DNA of 60,235 bases, filler included, from Sphacelaria rigidula (GCA_964200075.2; 5 parts of 5 records of this genome joined end to end with filler, not necessarily neighbours in it); one strand, 5' to 3'. Counted from the whole stretch's first letter, positions 1 to 12,072 are shown. Translations and numbers: made by a program. Notes: generated by a model from the sequence alone, not told the origin.

Positions 1-1068
1 CGGCGAGCGGATCGTCACGGACCCGCTGGTGGTCTCGGTGCCCTCGCCGCTCAGGATCGTCACCGACCCGCCCGTGCCGGCCGTGGCCGCAGTGGACGCT
101 CCGGCCGTCACTTGCACCAGACCGCCCTGGCCCGTGTCGCCGGTGCCGACTGTGAAGCTGAGCAAGCCGCCCGAGCCGCCCAGGGCGGCCCCGCTTCCCA
201 CCATGATGTCTCCGCTGTCTCCCACCGTCGTGGACCCAGAGCTGAAAGTCATGGTTCCGCTGTTTCCGGACGTACCGGCGGCGGGAGACGTGATGGTGAC
301 CGTGCCGCTGTTGCCGCTCGTTACCGCTCCGCTTGTCACCGCCACAATCCCGCCTTTCGTGCTGCCACTGCCGGCCACCATCGTCAAGTCGCCGCCCGTG
401 ACCGCCGAGCTCAACCCCGCCATTATACTCACGTCGCCTCCCTCATCCGCCACACCGGCCCCGGCCGCTATGCTCACGGCCCCACCCACCGTCGCTCCCA
501 GTCCCGCCGTCACCGTCACCGACCCCCCGGACGCCGTCGTGCCCTCTCCCGCCACCACGTCCAACGCACCACCCGTAGACCCCACACCCGCCGCCATCGC
601 CACCTCGCCTCCGGTGCCTGTGCTTCCCGTCCCGGCCGCCAGCGACACGCCCCCGCCCGTCACGCCCGTACCGCCCGTCAACGTCAACGCGCCGCCCGTC
701 GCCAGGTCGCCCGTGCCCACCGTCACGCTCACGTCGCCGCCCGATCCGGACGTGGCCGCGCCGCTGCCGATCTGGACCATGCCAGTGTCACCGGAGCTGC
801 TGGTGCCCGAGCTGAACACCAACACGCCGCTCACGCCGTCCGTGCCGGCGTTCGGCGAGCGGATCGTCACGGACCCGCTGGTGGTCTCGGTGCCCTCGCC
901 GCTCAGGATCGTCACCGACCCGCCCGTGCCGGCCGTGGCCGCAGTGGACGCTCCGGCCGTCACCTGCACCAGACCGCCCTGGCCCGTGTCGCCGGTGCCG
1001 ACTGTCAAGCTGAGCAAGCCGCCCGAGCCACCAAGGGCGGCCCCGCTTCCGATCATGATGTCTCCGCT
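1..1068. repeat. 852-bp (284-codon) intragenic tandem duplication, GC-rich
   Basis: Positions 1-~216 recur nearly identically at 853-~1068 (cggcgagcggatcgtcacggacccgctggtggtctcggtgccctcgccgctcagg...). Confidence 0.9.
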
Positions 1069-4000
1069 ATCACCTGCGCTAGCTGTTCCCGAACTGAAGG
1101 TCATGATCCCGCTCGTTCCGCTCAACCCGGCGTTCATGGATCGAATGATGACCTCTCCCGAACTTGTGGCGGTTCCTTCTCCACTGGCAATATAGACAAC
1201 ACCACCTGTTCCTGCGGTACTTTCGCCGGCAAAAAGTTGTAGTCGACCGCCTGATCCGCTATCTCCACTGCCGACGGTGACACTAACCATCCCTCCGCGG
1301 CCACTAGTGCTGTCACCTGACCCAATCAGAACCTCTCCACTGTTACCGAAGCTGCTTGTTCCCGAGCTAAATGACAACTGCCCGCTGATCCCAGAATCTC
1401 CTGCGTTCGCTGACTGAACTATAACAGATCCACTACTCGTTGCGTGACCCTCACCACTAAAGATGATAACATCTCCACCGGTCATCACAGTACTGCTTCC
1501 AGCGTACACCTCTACGACACCACCAGATCCGCTGCTACCCTCGCCTACGATAAGGCTGATCTTGCCGCCACGTCCCCCCGCACTCGACCCCGTCCCAACA
1601 AGGATGGCACCACTGTTTCCGTCGCTACTTGTTCCAGAGCTAAACTCGAGAAGGCCACTAACTCCACTAGCACCGGCGTTTGAAGTTTGAACCAATACAG
1701 ACCCGCTCGATGTGTACTGACTGTAGCCGGTGGTAATAGAAATATCGCCTCCAGTCAGACCAGTGGTGGTTTTTGTGTCCCCGGCGTGGAGAACAACATC
1801 ACCGCCCGCTCCACTCGTACCTGTCCCTACTGTTAGTTCAATATCTCCTCCTCGTCCACCGGTGGCTTTTCCGGTCACGATTGTGACCGTACCGGTGTTG
1901 CCGTTGCTGCTGGTGCCGGTGCTGAACGTCATGATTCCGCTCACGCCGGCCGCGCCTGCGTTTGATGATCTTATGTGCACCGCCCCACTTGTGCTTGCCG
2001 ACGAGTACCCAGACTGGATCAAGATATCGCCACCTGTGACATCTGCGCTTGAGCCTGCTAAAATATTCACTGAACCACCGGCCTCTGATTCAGAAAGCCC
2101 CACTTCGATGTTCACGCTTCCGCTCTGACCTCCGATGGACGTGCCCGTTTGGATAAGGATCTCTCCTGAACTACCGGAGCTTGATGTGCCTGTGGTGAAA
2201 AGAAGCATGCCGCTGCGCCCATTGTGGCCCGCATTAACGGTCCGAACGACAACGTCACCGCTTGTTGTTGCAGAACCAACGCCACTTTCGATTGTTATCT
2301 CTCCACCCGTTGCAGCTGTGCTCTCCCCTGCCCGTACCAGGATCTGTCCGCCTGCGCCACTCCCACCACTGCCGATGATAAGGCTTATCATTCCCCCACG
2401 CCCATCGTTTGCACTGCCAGATTCAATATTGATCGCTCCACTGTTTCCGTCGGTGCTTTCACCAGATCCAAAGCTGAGGCTACCGCTCGCTCCTTCGCGG
2501 CCTGCGTCCGCAGTTTGAACTATGATATTTCCACTCGATGTCTCGACTCCGTGCCCGCTGAAGATGAGGACCGACCCTCCACTTGCAGCGGCGCCCTCAC
2601 CCCCTTCGACGAACACATCACCACCGGCGCCAGCTATGGGGTTCGTGCCCTTACCTGCAGATACGAGCACGGACCCCCCAGTCCGCTCCAGGTCCGACGT
2701 CGCACCTGCAAGCATATGGATGCCGCCACCATCACCGCTTGCCCCGGAACCGACCGCAAGACTTATAGTACCCCCGCGACCTGATGTAGCGTTGGAGGTG
2801 CTTATCAACACCTCTCCGGTATCTCCTCGACTTGAGGTTCCCGTTGTCAGAGATATGAATCCACTGGCTCCGACCAAACCGGAGTTTGCCGTTTGAATCA
2901 GGACTGAACCGCTGCTGCTCCACTCACTGCTCCCGCTCTCCAGTGCAATACTGCCGCCGGTGAACATGTAGGTATCACCTGCATGCAGCGACAACTGTCC
3001 TCCTGGTCCACTGTCACCGATGCCAACGGAAATGTTTATTGCCCCACCGCTTCCGCCCTTTGCTTGACCAGTCACAATGTTAATTGATCCGGAACTTCCC
3101 GACCCAGATTCACCAGAACGCAAAGAAAGGGGTCCGCTCGCACCGGCCGCACCGCCATTGAGAGTTCGAAGCACGACAGCTCCACTGGTGGTGCCGACTC
3201 CTTCCCCACTCAATACCGTTACGGAACCTCCGGTACCACCAACGGCGATGCCCGCTGTCACGGTAACGTTGCCTCCACCGCCTTTTTCTCTGCTGGTTCC
3301 AGCTCCGGCCCTTATTGAGATTGACCCTCCGTCGCTTCGATCAGCGCTTGTGTTTCCGGCCTTCAACGTGAGTGAGCCTCCAAATCCACTTGCGCTGCTC
3401 CCCACGGCCAGCGCAATGCTCCCGCTTGAACCAAGAGTAGCGTCTCCAGTGGCCAGATCAATAGCTCCAGTGTTGCCTGATTGGCTGGAACCTGTGCGAA
3501 TATCTGCATCCCCACTGGATCCATGGAGGTTCTGTGCATCCGCTGTCCATAAAGCCACACGACCACTACTTTTTCCGTTTAGCAAGTCACTGCCGCTCCC
3601 AGAAGAGAGAGTTATACTACCACCATCACCTCCTTGCGAGGAACCTGCTGAGATCTCCACGTTGCCACCGGCCCCAACTCTACCTGTGCTGTCTCCAGCC
3701 CTGAAGACCAGTGCCCCCCCTGTCCCTGACGCATCGCCGCCACCCGCAGGGAATGCATTCCCCGCAGTGATTTCAATAGAACCTGCTGCTTCGTTCGGAT
3801 TTCGCTGCTTGCCAGCTGACAAACTCATGTCTAGGGGGGACATAGTCAAGACCGCAGAGCCTATCTCTTCGTCTCCTACACGAAGGTGAATATTACCAGC
3901 CTCCCCGCCGTGCTCCGATCGGCCGGTCGCGAGAGTGATCGACCCGCTGTCACCGTACGACGCCGTACCAGTCGAAATACTGATAGCACCACTGGCACCC

Positions 4001-7000
4001 ACAGGATCAGCGTTGGCGTAGAACCCCCCAGCTTCCGTCGCGATCGCGATATCGCCGCTTCGCTCCCCAGAGTTCGGCCCAAACCCGAAGTGCTTGTGCT
4101 GCGACTGTAGCGCAGAGATCAAGTCAAGTGTGAGCCCGGCCTTGTCCACTTGCATGAAGTCGTTTATCTTGAAGTTCTTGTCCGGTAGTTCGAACTCCGA
4201 AATAGTTTCCACGTGCTCCGGAAATACCTCCGCAAGCTGCTGTGCGATCACGCCACGAACACGTGGGTTGCCGTCCAGGTTGCGGACTTGGCGCCATTCT
4301 TCCGTGTACGTGTACTCCATCATTTCGACTGCCATGAACCGTTGCAGAATGTCATTACCGTCTACACTGACGACGTCTTGCTTTATACGCTCGTCGGAGG
4401 AGTACTGCACAGTTGTAACCTGCATTGGGATGCTTGAAATCACACGGGGCTCGCCCTCTTCAAACTCCTGGAGACGGAAATCGTATGAGGTCGGGTCATC
4501 CGCCTGGCTACTCGGCGGATGACTAACACTGAAGCCAATGACATTGTTCGTCGTCGTTTCGCCGGCCGGTACCGCAAGATAGATTCCTCCTTCAATGCCA
4601 CTTGTGACTCTTACGTTACTATCCGACGTCATTACGCGTGTTTCCTTCAAGGATGATTGAATCTCGACCGTACCGTTGGTGCTTTCGCCGGTCCCAGGCC
4701 TGACGACCACACGACCGCCGATACCATCAGCAGCTGAACCTGCCGAAACTGTAACGTTCCCACCAGCTTCCTGCTTGTTCAACCCACGACGATCCCGTGC
4801 TGATCCACCTACTGAATTACCGCCAAAAATGTCCACCCCTCCACCCGAACCCGACGTACCTCGCCCAGCCTTGATTGCGACAGCGCCACCAGCACCGCTG
4901 ACACCATGCCTTTCGTCCCCCGCACCGATGCCAGCGGCGATGGTAACCTTACCACCCTTTCCGTGAGATGCATGGCCTGCCTGAAGTCCAATTTCTCCAC
5001 CGGCAGTTCGAAACCCGTCGGTATCACCGGCGGTGATATTGATGTGGCCACCGTCTGCGACTCCCGACGCACCTACGTGTGCATCTATGCTGCCTCCGCT
5101 CCGTGCCTTACTTGTAAGCAGCAAAAGAGATCCCGCTGCACCACCGACGGATTCACCAGTTTCGAGACGGATGCCACCGCTTCGCCCAGTCGTACCGCTG
5201 TTCGCCGTGCGAAGGTGCACATCGCCACTGGACCCGTGCCAACTTTGTCCTGACTGAACAAATACCGAGCCGCCCATGGTACCGTGCATACTCTCAGCGA
5301 CACCAGCAGTGAAGTTAATGTTTCCTCCTTGTCCTGCTGTGCCAGCGCCAACTGCGATACTGACGCTTCCGCCGGAGCCAGAGTATGATCGTCCCGTACT
5401 CAACTTGAGCTCCCCTGACTCCCCGCGGGTAGCATTCCCAGTGGATACTGTAATAGAGCCGCTTGCGCCCGCTCGACCTGCTCCTCGTGTAAGGATGTGC
5501 ATTGCGCCACTTGTTGATTCCTGACTCGTCCCTGTTGCAATCAAAACAGACCCACCCCTGCCTCTGACTGCGCCTCCCCCTCGGGCAACCACCCCTCCAC
5601 CTGAATCCGCCGAGTGCCCACCTCCAGCCTCGCCGCCTTCGATACTGATTCCTCCTCCTCGCCCGCCACCAGTAGAATGTCGATTGGTTCCTGCTCCAGC
5701 AGCTAACCTCAAATAGCCACCACTACCCAGGCGCGCATTCGACTCACCTGCAGTCACGTTTACCGCCCCACCCTGGAGCGCGGATCCTCGGCCTACCGTG
5801 ATGTTCACAGCACCTCCACTACCCCCAGCAGTTGCCGCACCGGTGCCTATAAATAGAGACCCAGAATCACCGGCAGCCGACAATCCCGTGGACAGTGCCA
5901 GGTCGCCACTAACGCCACTTGGTCCAGAGTCTGCCGTGAGGATTGTGACTTGCCCACTGGAAGAGATTTCACCAGCGCCCGATTGAAAGAGTAGGGAGCC
6001 TCCACTGGCAGCCGCAGCTGAGCCTGCGGTAATTTCGATGCTGCCGCCTTGATCGTTTCTCGAGTCCGAACCACTGGCTCGTCCGGCATCCAAAAAGATA
6101 GAGCCACCATCTCCTCCACCACCTTGGCTACTACCTCTCGCTGAACTTAGCCCATCTCCAGCCGCCATCAGAACGTCCCCCCCTCGGCGTCCTCTGGCAG
6201 TAGAGTCGCCGGCTCGCATCATGATAGCGCCCCCGTTGTGATCTGTACCAGCTCCAACAAAAAGCTCAATGTTTCCTCCAGACCCGCCCTGGGCAGCGCC
6301 TGTGGCGATGCCTATATCACCAGAAGAACCATCGGGACTGAGGCCGGTAGAAAACGCGAGTCGCCCGCTATCTCCATGGCGCCCAGCGCTTGCAGTTTTC
6401 AGGAGCAGAGCGCCACTGGTCGACCCATAGGAGTACCCAGTTCGAATAGAAACCTCACCGCCTGTGTTCCCATACGTATCTCCGGCAATGAGGCTGATAT
6501 CACCCCCAACGCCAGAGTCCCCAGTTCCCACGTAAACCTGAAAACTACCTCCACGCCCCTTCCGGGAAGCACCGGTCTGAAGGCTTAGTGTCCCCGAGTC
6601 ACCTCGACTAGAGGTTCCCGTGTAAAGGGAAATGTCGCCACTAGTGCCGGTCTCGCCAGCATTTGCGGTGGATACATGCACGACGCCGCTTGAAGTGTGT
6701 TCTCCATAGCCGCTCCGAAGTTGAAATGTCCCACCTCTGCCTTGGCGGGAAAATCCTCCGGCTATCTCAACGCCTCCGCCTTCGTCGCCCAGTGCACCTC
6801 CTTGTGCAGCTCCCCCAAATATCTGAACACGCCCACCGTTGCCCCCGTTGTAGCGATCCCGGCTGCTACCTTCACCGGCGGCAATGAGCACATCGCCGCC
6901 TTCCGCCTCCGGAGCCGTAGCTTCTCCCGCCGCCAGGATCACATCCCCTCCATCGCCAGTAGAACCAGATCCCACAGCAACAACGACATCGCCGCTAGCC

Positions 7001-10000
7001 CCGTCCTCGGCGTTTCCGGTAATCAACTGGACACTGCCACTGCTGCCCCGACTTGCAGTTCCTGTGGACAGAACTATTTCTCCGCTAACGCCAGCAACGC
7101 CCGCGTTGGGAGTACGGATGACAACCATTCCGCTGGAAGTGTAACTGCTGTATCCGCTCATGACTGTCACATAACCCCCGGAGGCCTTGTCAAATGTGTT
7201 ACCTGCTGTAAGGCCCATATTTCCACCGGAGCCATTATTCCCATCACCCACGGAAACGTCAATGCTTCCACCGCTTCCGACCTCTGCATTTCCAGTTGAA
7301 AGAGAAATCGTGCCGCTTGAACCATAGCTGGTGGTGCCGCTTCGGATAGATATACCTCCGCTGAAGCCTTGAGTGCCAGCATTTCCGGTGTCAATTGCGA
7401 TGGACCCGCTGGTTGTCATTGTACTCAACCCTGATTTTATCAACACATCTCCACCGCTACCGGTGAAAGATCTTCCACCCTCCAATGTCACACGCCCTCC
7501 GTCGTCAGCAGTGCCCTGGCCTTTAGCCACTCCGCCGACGACGCTCACTTCGCCCCCGTTGCCACCGTCAATCTGATGAGGACTCGCGCCTTCTCCACCT
7601 CCTATCAGCACACGGCCGCCCGATCCGCCAACCGAACTCGTTCTCCCAGCGGATACCTCTATGTCGCCTCCATTCCCGTAGTCACCCTCTCCAACAGCCA
7701 GGAGAATGGTGCCACCGGCACCAGCAGTAGCTGCTCCGGTGCGGATAAAGACTGAGCCAGACGTGGTCGCAAGAGACTCGCCGGTGGAAATGGATACGTC
7801 GCCACTTACACCATCTGACCCGGAAGGCGACGTCGAGATCGCCACCGGACCACTTGATCCCGCGCTGCTGGCACCAGATTGGACGTTGATTCCACCCCCC
7901 CGGCCGGCTATGGAATCGCCGCCGACGATCTCCACGGTACCACCACGATCCAGTACTGACGTTCCCTTCGAGCCCCCACCCTGAATCATCACGTGGCCTC
8001 CATCTCCGCCATCGCCCTCATCTGCACTCGAACCCTTGCCAGCTGTGAGAAAGATGTTGCCTCCCCGGGCACCCACGGCCGCTGTGTCACCAGAGTAGAG
8101 ATAGAGATCGCCGCCATCGCCAGAACCGCCGGCTCCAACGATTATTCCCACGGGGCCCCCTGCGCCATCCACGGCATTCCCCGAGCCAAGTAGTACTGTT
8201 CCGGAATCTCCACTGCTGGATGTTCCGGTTGAGACAACGATAGATCCGCTTGCCGCAGCTCTTGCGGCATCTGTAGTTGTAATGCGCACGGCTCCACTTG
8301 TGAATAGATCGCTTGAACCGCTACGGAGTTCGACGTCACCGCCGATGCCTGCCATGCTCTTGCCGCCTACAACAGAAACTGTACCACCGACACCATCGAC
8401 AGCGGATCCCCCAGTAAGAACAACACTACCGCCGTTCCCAATGTCGCCTCCTTCCAGTGTCCCTGCGGCGCTTCCTCCGCTAATAGACACTGCTCCACCG
8501 ACGCCGCCATCTGTGCTAAGTCCATTACCGGCACCAAGCATGACAGCGCCGCCAACACCGTTGACGGCGCTTGTGTTTCCGGCAAAAAACTCGATGTCTC
8601 CGCCGGCGCCGACAATATCGGCTCCACCAATGCTAAACACGATGTCTCCTGCATCGCCATCCGTCGATGATCCGGTCTGGAACTCAATATCGCCGGCACT
8701 ACCGTTAATAGCCTGCCCAGTGCTCAGGACTATTGACCCGGAGACACCGCTTGGGCCTGCATCCACTGTCTGAATGACAACGTCGCCGCTAGAGCTTAAG
8801 GTTCCGGCACCGCTGGAGAGAAGAACGCCCCCCCCGGTTTGATGGCTGCTATCGCCGGCAGTGATGATCACCCACCCTCCCACGCCAGAGTCTCCACTTC
8901 CAACGGACACTCGAACATCTCCACCACCGCCACCCGTTGCATCCCCGGACCGGAGCAGGATATCTCCTGTGCTTCCCGCTGATGATGTTCCTGTCAGCAA
9001 ATTTATCATACCACTGACACCTGATGTGCCGGCATTTGCGGTAGCGACAGTGGCTCCCCCGCTTGAAGAGAGTCTACCTACTCCAGTAGAAAGTAGTAGA
9101 GCACCGCCTGTACCCGCTGCAGCGGGGCCACCCGTCAACATAATCACGCCTCCTATGTTACTTGCGCTATTTCCGAGCGCTTCACCCCCCGAAATTTCTA
9201 CCGTTCCGCCCAATCCACCTGCGTACGAGGTAGCATCCGTTCCTGCACCCGCTGTGATGTGCACATTTCCCCCATGTGCACTGGGTGCTATCGAGCTTCC
9301 CGCCAATAGGTCGATGGAGCCCCCCTCGCCGCTGTCTCCAGACCCCACAGCGAGCGTGATTTGGCCAGCTTTACCGCCATCAGCGGAGCTGGTGATGAGT
9401 GAAATCGAGCCAGAGTCAGCAGCACTAGAAGAGCCTGTCTTCAACACCATGTCACCACTGTAACCCGCCCTCCCGCTGTTGGCAGTTTGCAGATACAGTC
9501 CGCCGCTGGAACCATCTACGGCGTATCCAGAGTTCACCCGAACACTTCCGCCGCGAGAACCGATCTCGGTTGCTTCGCCAGCCGCAAGGGTAATGTCGGA
9601 ACCTTCTCCAACACCTGTTACACCGACGATCAAACTCACCAACCCTGCTTGTCCGTTCGCTGCGTCACCGGTGCCGAGAAGTAGCGTCCCCGTGCTGTTT
9701 GTCAGAGAATCACCCGAGAAAACAGTGACATCACCGCTCGCCGCTTCATCGCTACCAGCGCCTGATCGGATCTGAACATGCCCTGAGGAACGTCCGGCAC
9801 TCGACCCACTCGATAGAAATATCCCGCCTCCAACTCCGCGCTCACTGCCGCCCCCTGTAAGGTTGACACCACCACCTTCGCCCTCCACTGAGGTACCACC
9901 CGTCATGCGTACGCTGCCACCGCCACCTATGTCTCCACCAAAGGCCTCAAGACCCGTACCGGATCCTCCAACGATCGAGACATTTCCACCGCTTCCTCCG

Positions 10001-10232
10001 AGAGGGTTGGTTCCGTCCCCGGCAAACACAAAAATTTCGCCGCCCGCCTCATTTGCGTTATCAGAATTTCCAGATAGCATGCTGGCGTCACCACCCGAGA
10101 GTAGTCGGAATGACGTTTGATTGAGCAAAAGAGAAAAACTTGCTCCGGTCTCTGTCACTCCGGAAGCGGACAACTCACCTCCACCAAACCGGGGATCGGC
10201 TTCTACGATGAGGTTTCCAACGACTCGGTTTT
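1..10232 (-). CDS. Giant exon (~3,410 codons, runs off the contig end): Gly/Ser/Thr/Ala-rich ~15-aa GGxVxIxxG repeats with an internal S74 domain
   Basis: Acceptor AG is at 10233-10234. Codons occupy positions 3k-2..3k on the + numbering. Spot translations near 10200, 4700-3700 and 1200-1 are all open and in the same frame. Confidence 0.88.
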
Positions 10233-11804
10233 CTAGAGCAACAAGTGACGCACGCGACGACGACGACAACCAGTAGTTACATCATTTTGAAGAAAAACTA
10301 CTTGTAGACGGTGGATAGGCGCTTACAAATTGGCGGTACAATGTATTGGATCGCCACGTCGACAGGTGAAGCTCTAGGTACTCGAGAGGAACAAACACAG
10401 TCGAGGACAAAGAGTAAACACAGCTGAAAGAAGAAAAGAAGCCATGGAAAGAGTTCAAACACGCGAAGGACACGACTTCATAACGACACGCACGTAGCTA
10501 AAGATATGCAGCTTGTCGAAGAGTGTAGTTTGATCCTACCTGGACCCGAGAAGCCCATAAGACAACAGACAAGACGCTACCATACGAGGGTGGCGTCACT
10601 AGGGTCCAACCGATAACTTCTGCAATCTCAAACAGTCGACATTTGATAAGGCAGCCGATCCATTGATACCGAAGCTGTGATGTCTCGAAAAGTCTTCTTC
10701 AACAACCGTGGCGCACAACACATTTTATTCGTCACCATAACGCTGACTTTCTCGACCGACACGCTTGCTTCGAGATCATAGATGAGATGGAGTTGAGGTA
10801 TACGAAATCCCAAGAGAATATGAGCTCTCACCTCCGACAAAAGACGTGGGACAGGGAAGGTCGAACACGGTTCCGCGGCAGTCTATGCTGAAAATCTCCG
10901 AGACTGTCATGCACGTGCTCTCGGACGCGCACCACGCACAATCTTCATCTTCTGCGCAGGTTGAACATTCGGGGTACTCACTGCACCGTGGGGGTCCTGA
11001 AAGCCATGCGTGTGAAACAAATCCGATACGCATGTACAAAAAGGAATCCGGATGAGGAGGCGTGAGAAGGTGAGATACGACGCAACGAGATTGTCAGGGA
11101 GACGTTCAGCCGTTTCGTATAAGGAAATTCTGTTTGCGGTAAAGGGGGGCATTGATGGTCACAGCTAGTAGGTGGTGCGTGCTTGCTTGGATGCGGGCAA
11201 CGCGACGGCAGTGGAACTGGTGACTGGGTGGGGGTTTGGTGGGCTGAAAGTGTGTGGGAATCTGTGCCTTATTTTTCCACAAGATGTGTATCCCACCAAC
11301 ATGGATGACCACGAACGGCAATCACCGAATCGGGAGCGGGTGGGGGGGAGAAGCAAGCATCAAATGCACCGGTAACATTGAACGAGCTATGTCCGTTCGT
11401 GCTAATCTGGACTTTTGAAAACTGCACGTACGTGCAGTTGTTGACAACATTTGTCGTCCCCGGATGTCCCTCGAGGACTTGCTACTCTAGATATTTGTTT
11501 ATGTTCACCATGCACACTCCACAACTTAAATACATTCGTCGTAGTAGCAGCGCCTTGGCTGTGGCGTCCGTGATGCTGTTTATGCACTTGTGTAAGTCAT
11601 GCATAACCTCCCGCCATGATTATGTGGTAATAGTGAAAGAATGTTAAAATCGCACCTGGGCACACGTCAGCTGCGGTAATCCAGGTTGGGCATGGCGACC
11701 CATCCGATGGCCCAAGCGAGCTACCGTCAGTGCATTGTAGCGTGGACAAACAGTAACCACACCCTTCTACTCCGATGCAGCTGGTACAGTTCGCCACATC
11801 AGTC
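1..11804 (-). CDS. Giant (>3,500 aa, truncated at both ends) PSI-domain / Gly-rich repeat / Peptidase S74 (ICA) fibre-like protein; exons 11656-11804, 10832-10996, <1-10232
   Basis: Manual splicing: ttgcag|G ACT GAT GTG..TGC CCA G|gtgcga; tttcag|GA CCC CCA..GTC GGA G|gtgaga; ctctag|AA AAC CGA GTC. Phases match and give ..ADVCPGPPRCSEY..PTSFVGENRVVGNLIVEADPRFGGG... All Pro-rich + strand shadow ORFs from 29 to 10120 share one frame, and the track lists no minus ORF in the matching frame, consistent with no stop over 10.2 kb. Translated stretches are repeats such as GTGGSVTILSGEGTETTSGSVTIRSPNAGTDGVSGVLVFSSG. Confidence 0.9.
4090..4398 (-). other. Peptidase S74 / intramolecular chaperone autoprocessing (ICA) domain within the giant protein
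   Basis: Translation: SDERIKQDVVSVDGNDILQRFMAVEMMEYTYTEEWRQVRNLDGNPRVRGVIAQQLAEVFPEHVETISEFELPDKNFKINDFMQVDKAGLTLDLISALQSQH. It has the S-D-x-R-x-K dyad motif (Ser codon 4396-4398, Lys codon 4381-4383), a Y-x-Y motif, GVIAQ..FPE.V and a C-terminal amphipathic helix. Confidence 0.9.
10832..10996 (-). CDS. Exon encoding PSI (plexin-repeat) domain 2 of the giant protein
   Basis: GPPRCSEYPECSTCAEDEDCAWCASESTCMTVSEIFSIDCRGTVFDLPCP has the C..CxxC..CxWC..C PSI pattern. The exon is 165 bp, symmetrical phase 1-1, with canonical splice sites. Confidence 0.85.
11656..11804 (-). CDS. Exon encoding PSI (plexin-repeat) domain 1 of the giant protein
   Basis: TDVANCTSCIGVEGCGYCLSTLQCTDGSSLGPSDGSPCPTWITAADVCP has the CxxC..CGYC..C..GP..C..W..CP pattern and canonical AG/GT boundaries. 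Confidence 0.85.
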
Positions 11805-11897
11805 CTGCAACGGCAGCGAAGAAAGCGTCATCGCGGACGGCAGGTATTAAGTCCGAGGTTTGCTCCAAACGCTAGTTATCTCAAGCAACTGGATTCT

Positions 11898-11972
11898 GAG
11901 CAATGCTACGGTAGGGGTGCACTTTTTCCGCGAAATTTTGTCTGGTTCAGAGGCTCCTAACGATTCTAGACG
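11898..11972. mobile_element. Truncated copy of the GAG-terminus MITE family, in an intron of the giant gene
   Basis: Starts GAGCAATGCTACGGTAGGGGTGCAC, the same TIR as the full copies; cut by the contig end. Confidence 0.8.
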
Positions 11973-12072
11973 NNNNNNNNNNNNNNNNNNNNNNNNNNNN
12001 NNNNNNNNNNNNNNNNTTAATTAATTAANNNNNNNNNNNNNNNNNNNNNNNNNNNNNNNNNNNNNNNNNNNN
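11973..12072. other. Artificial contig spacer (N44-TTAATTAATTAA-N44)
   Basis: 100-nt spacer carrying a six-frame-stop linker; the same design occurs at four places. Confidence 0.97.

Noticed and set aside
29-10120. Many Pro-rich + strand ORFs (e.g. 29-1195, 3077-3889, 8861-9463)
   Set aside because: They are antisense shadows of the Gly-rich minus-strand exon (GGN read as CCN). All share one frame and are broken by stops.
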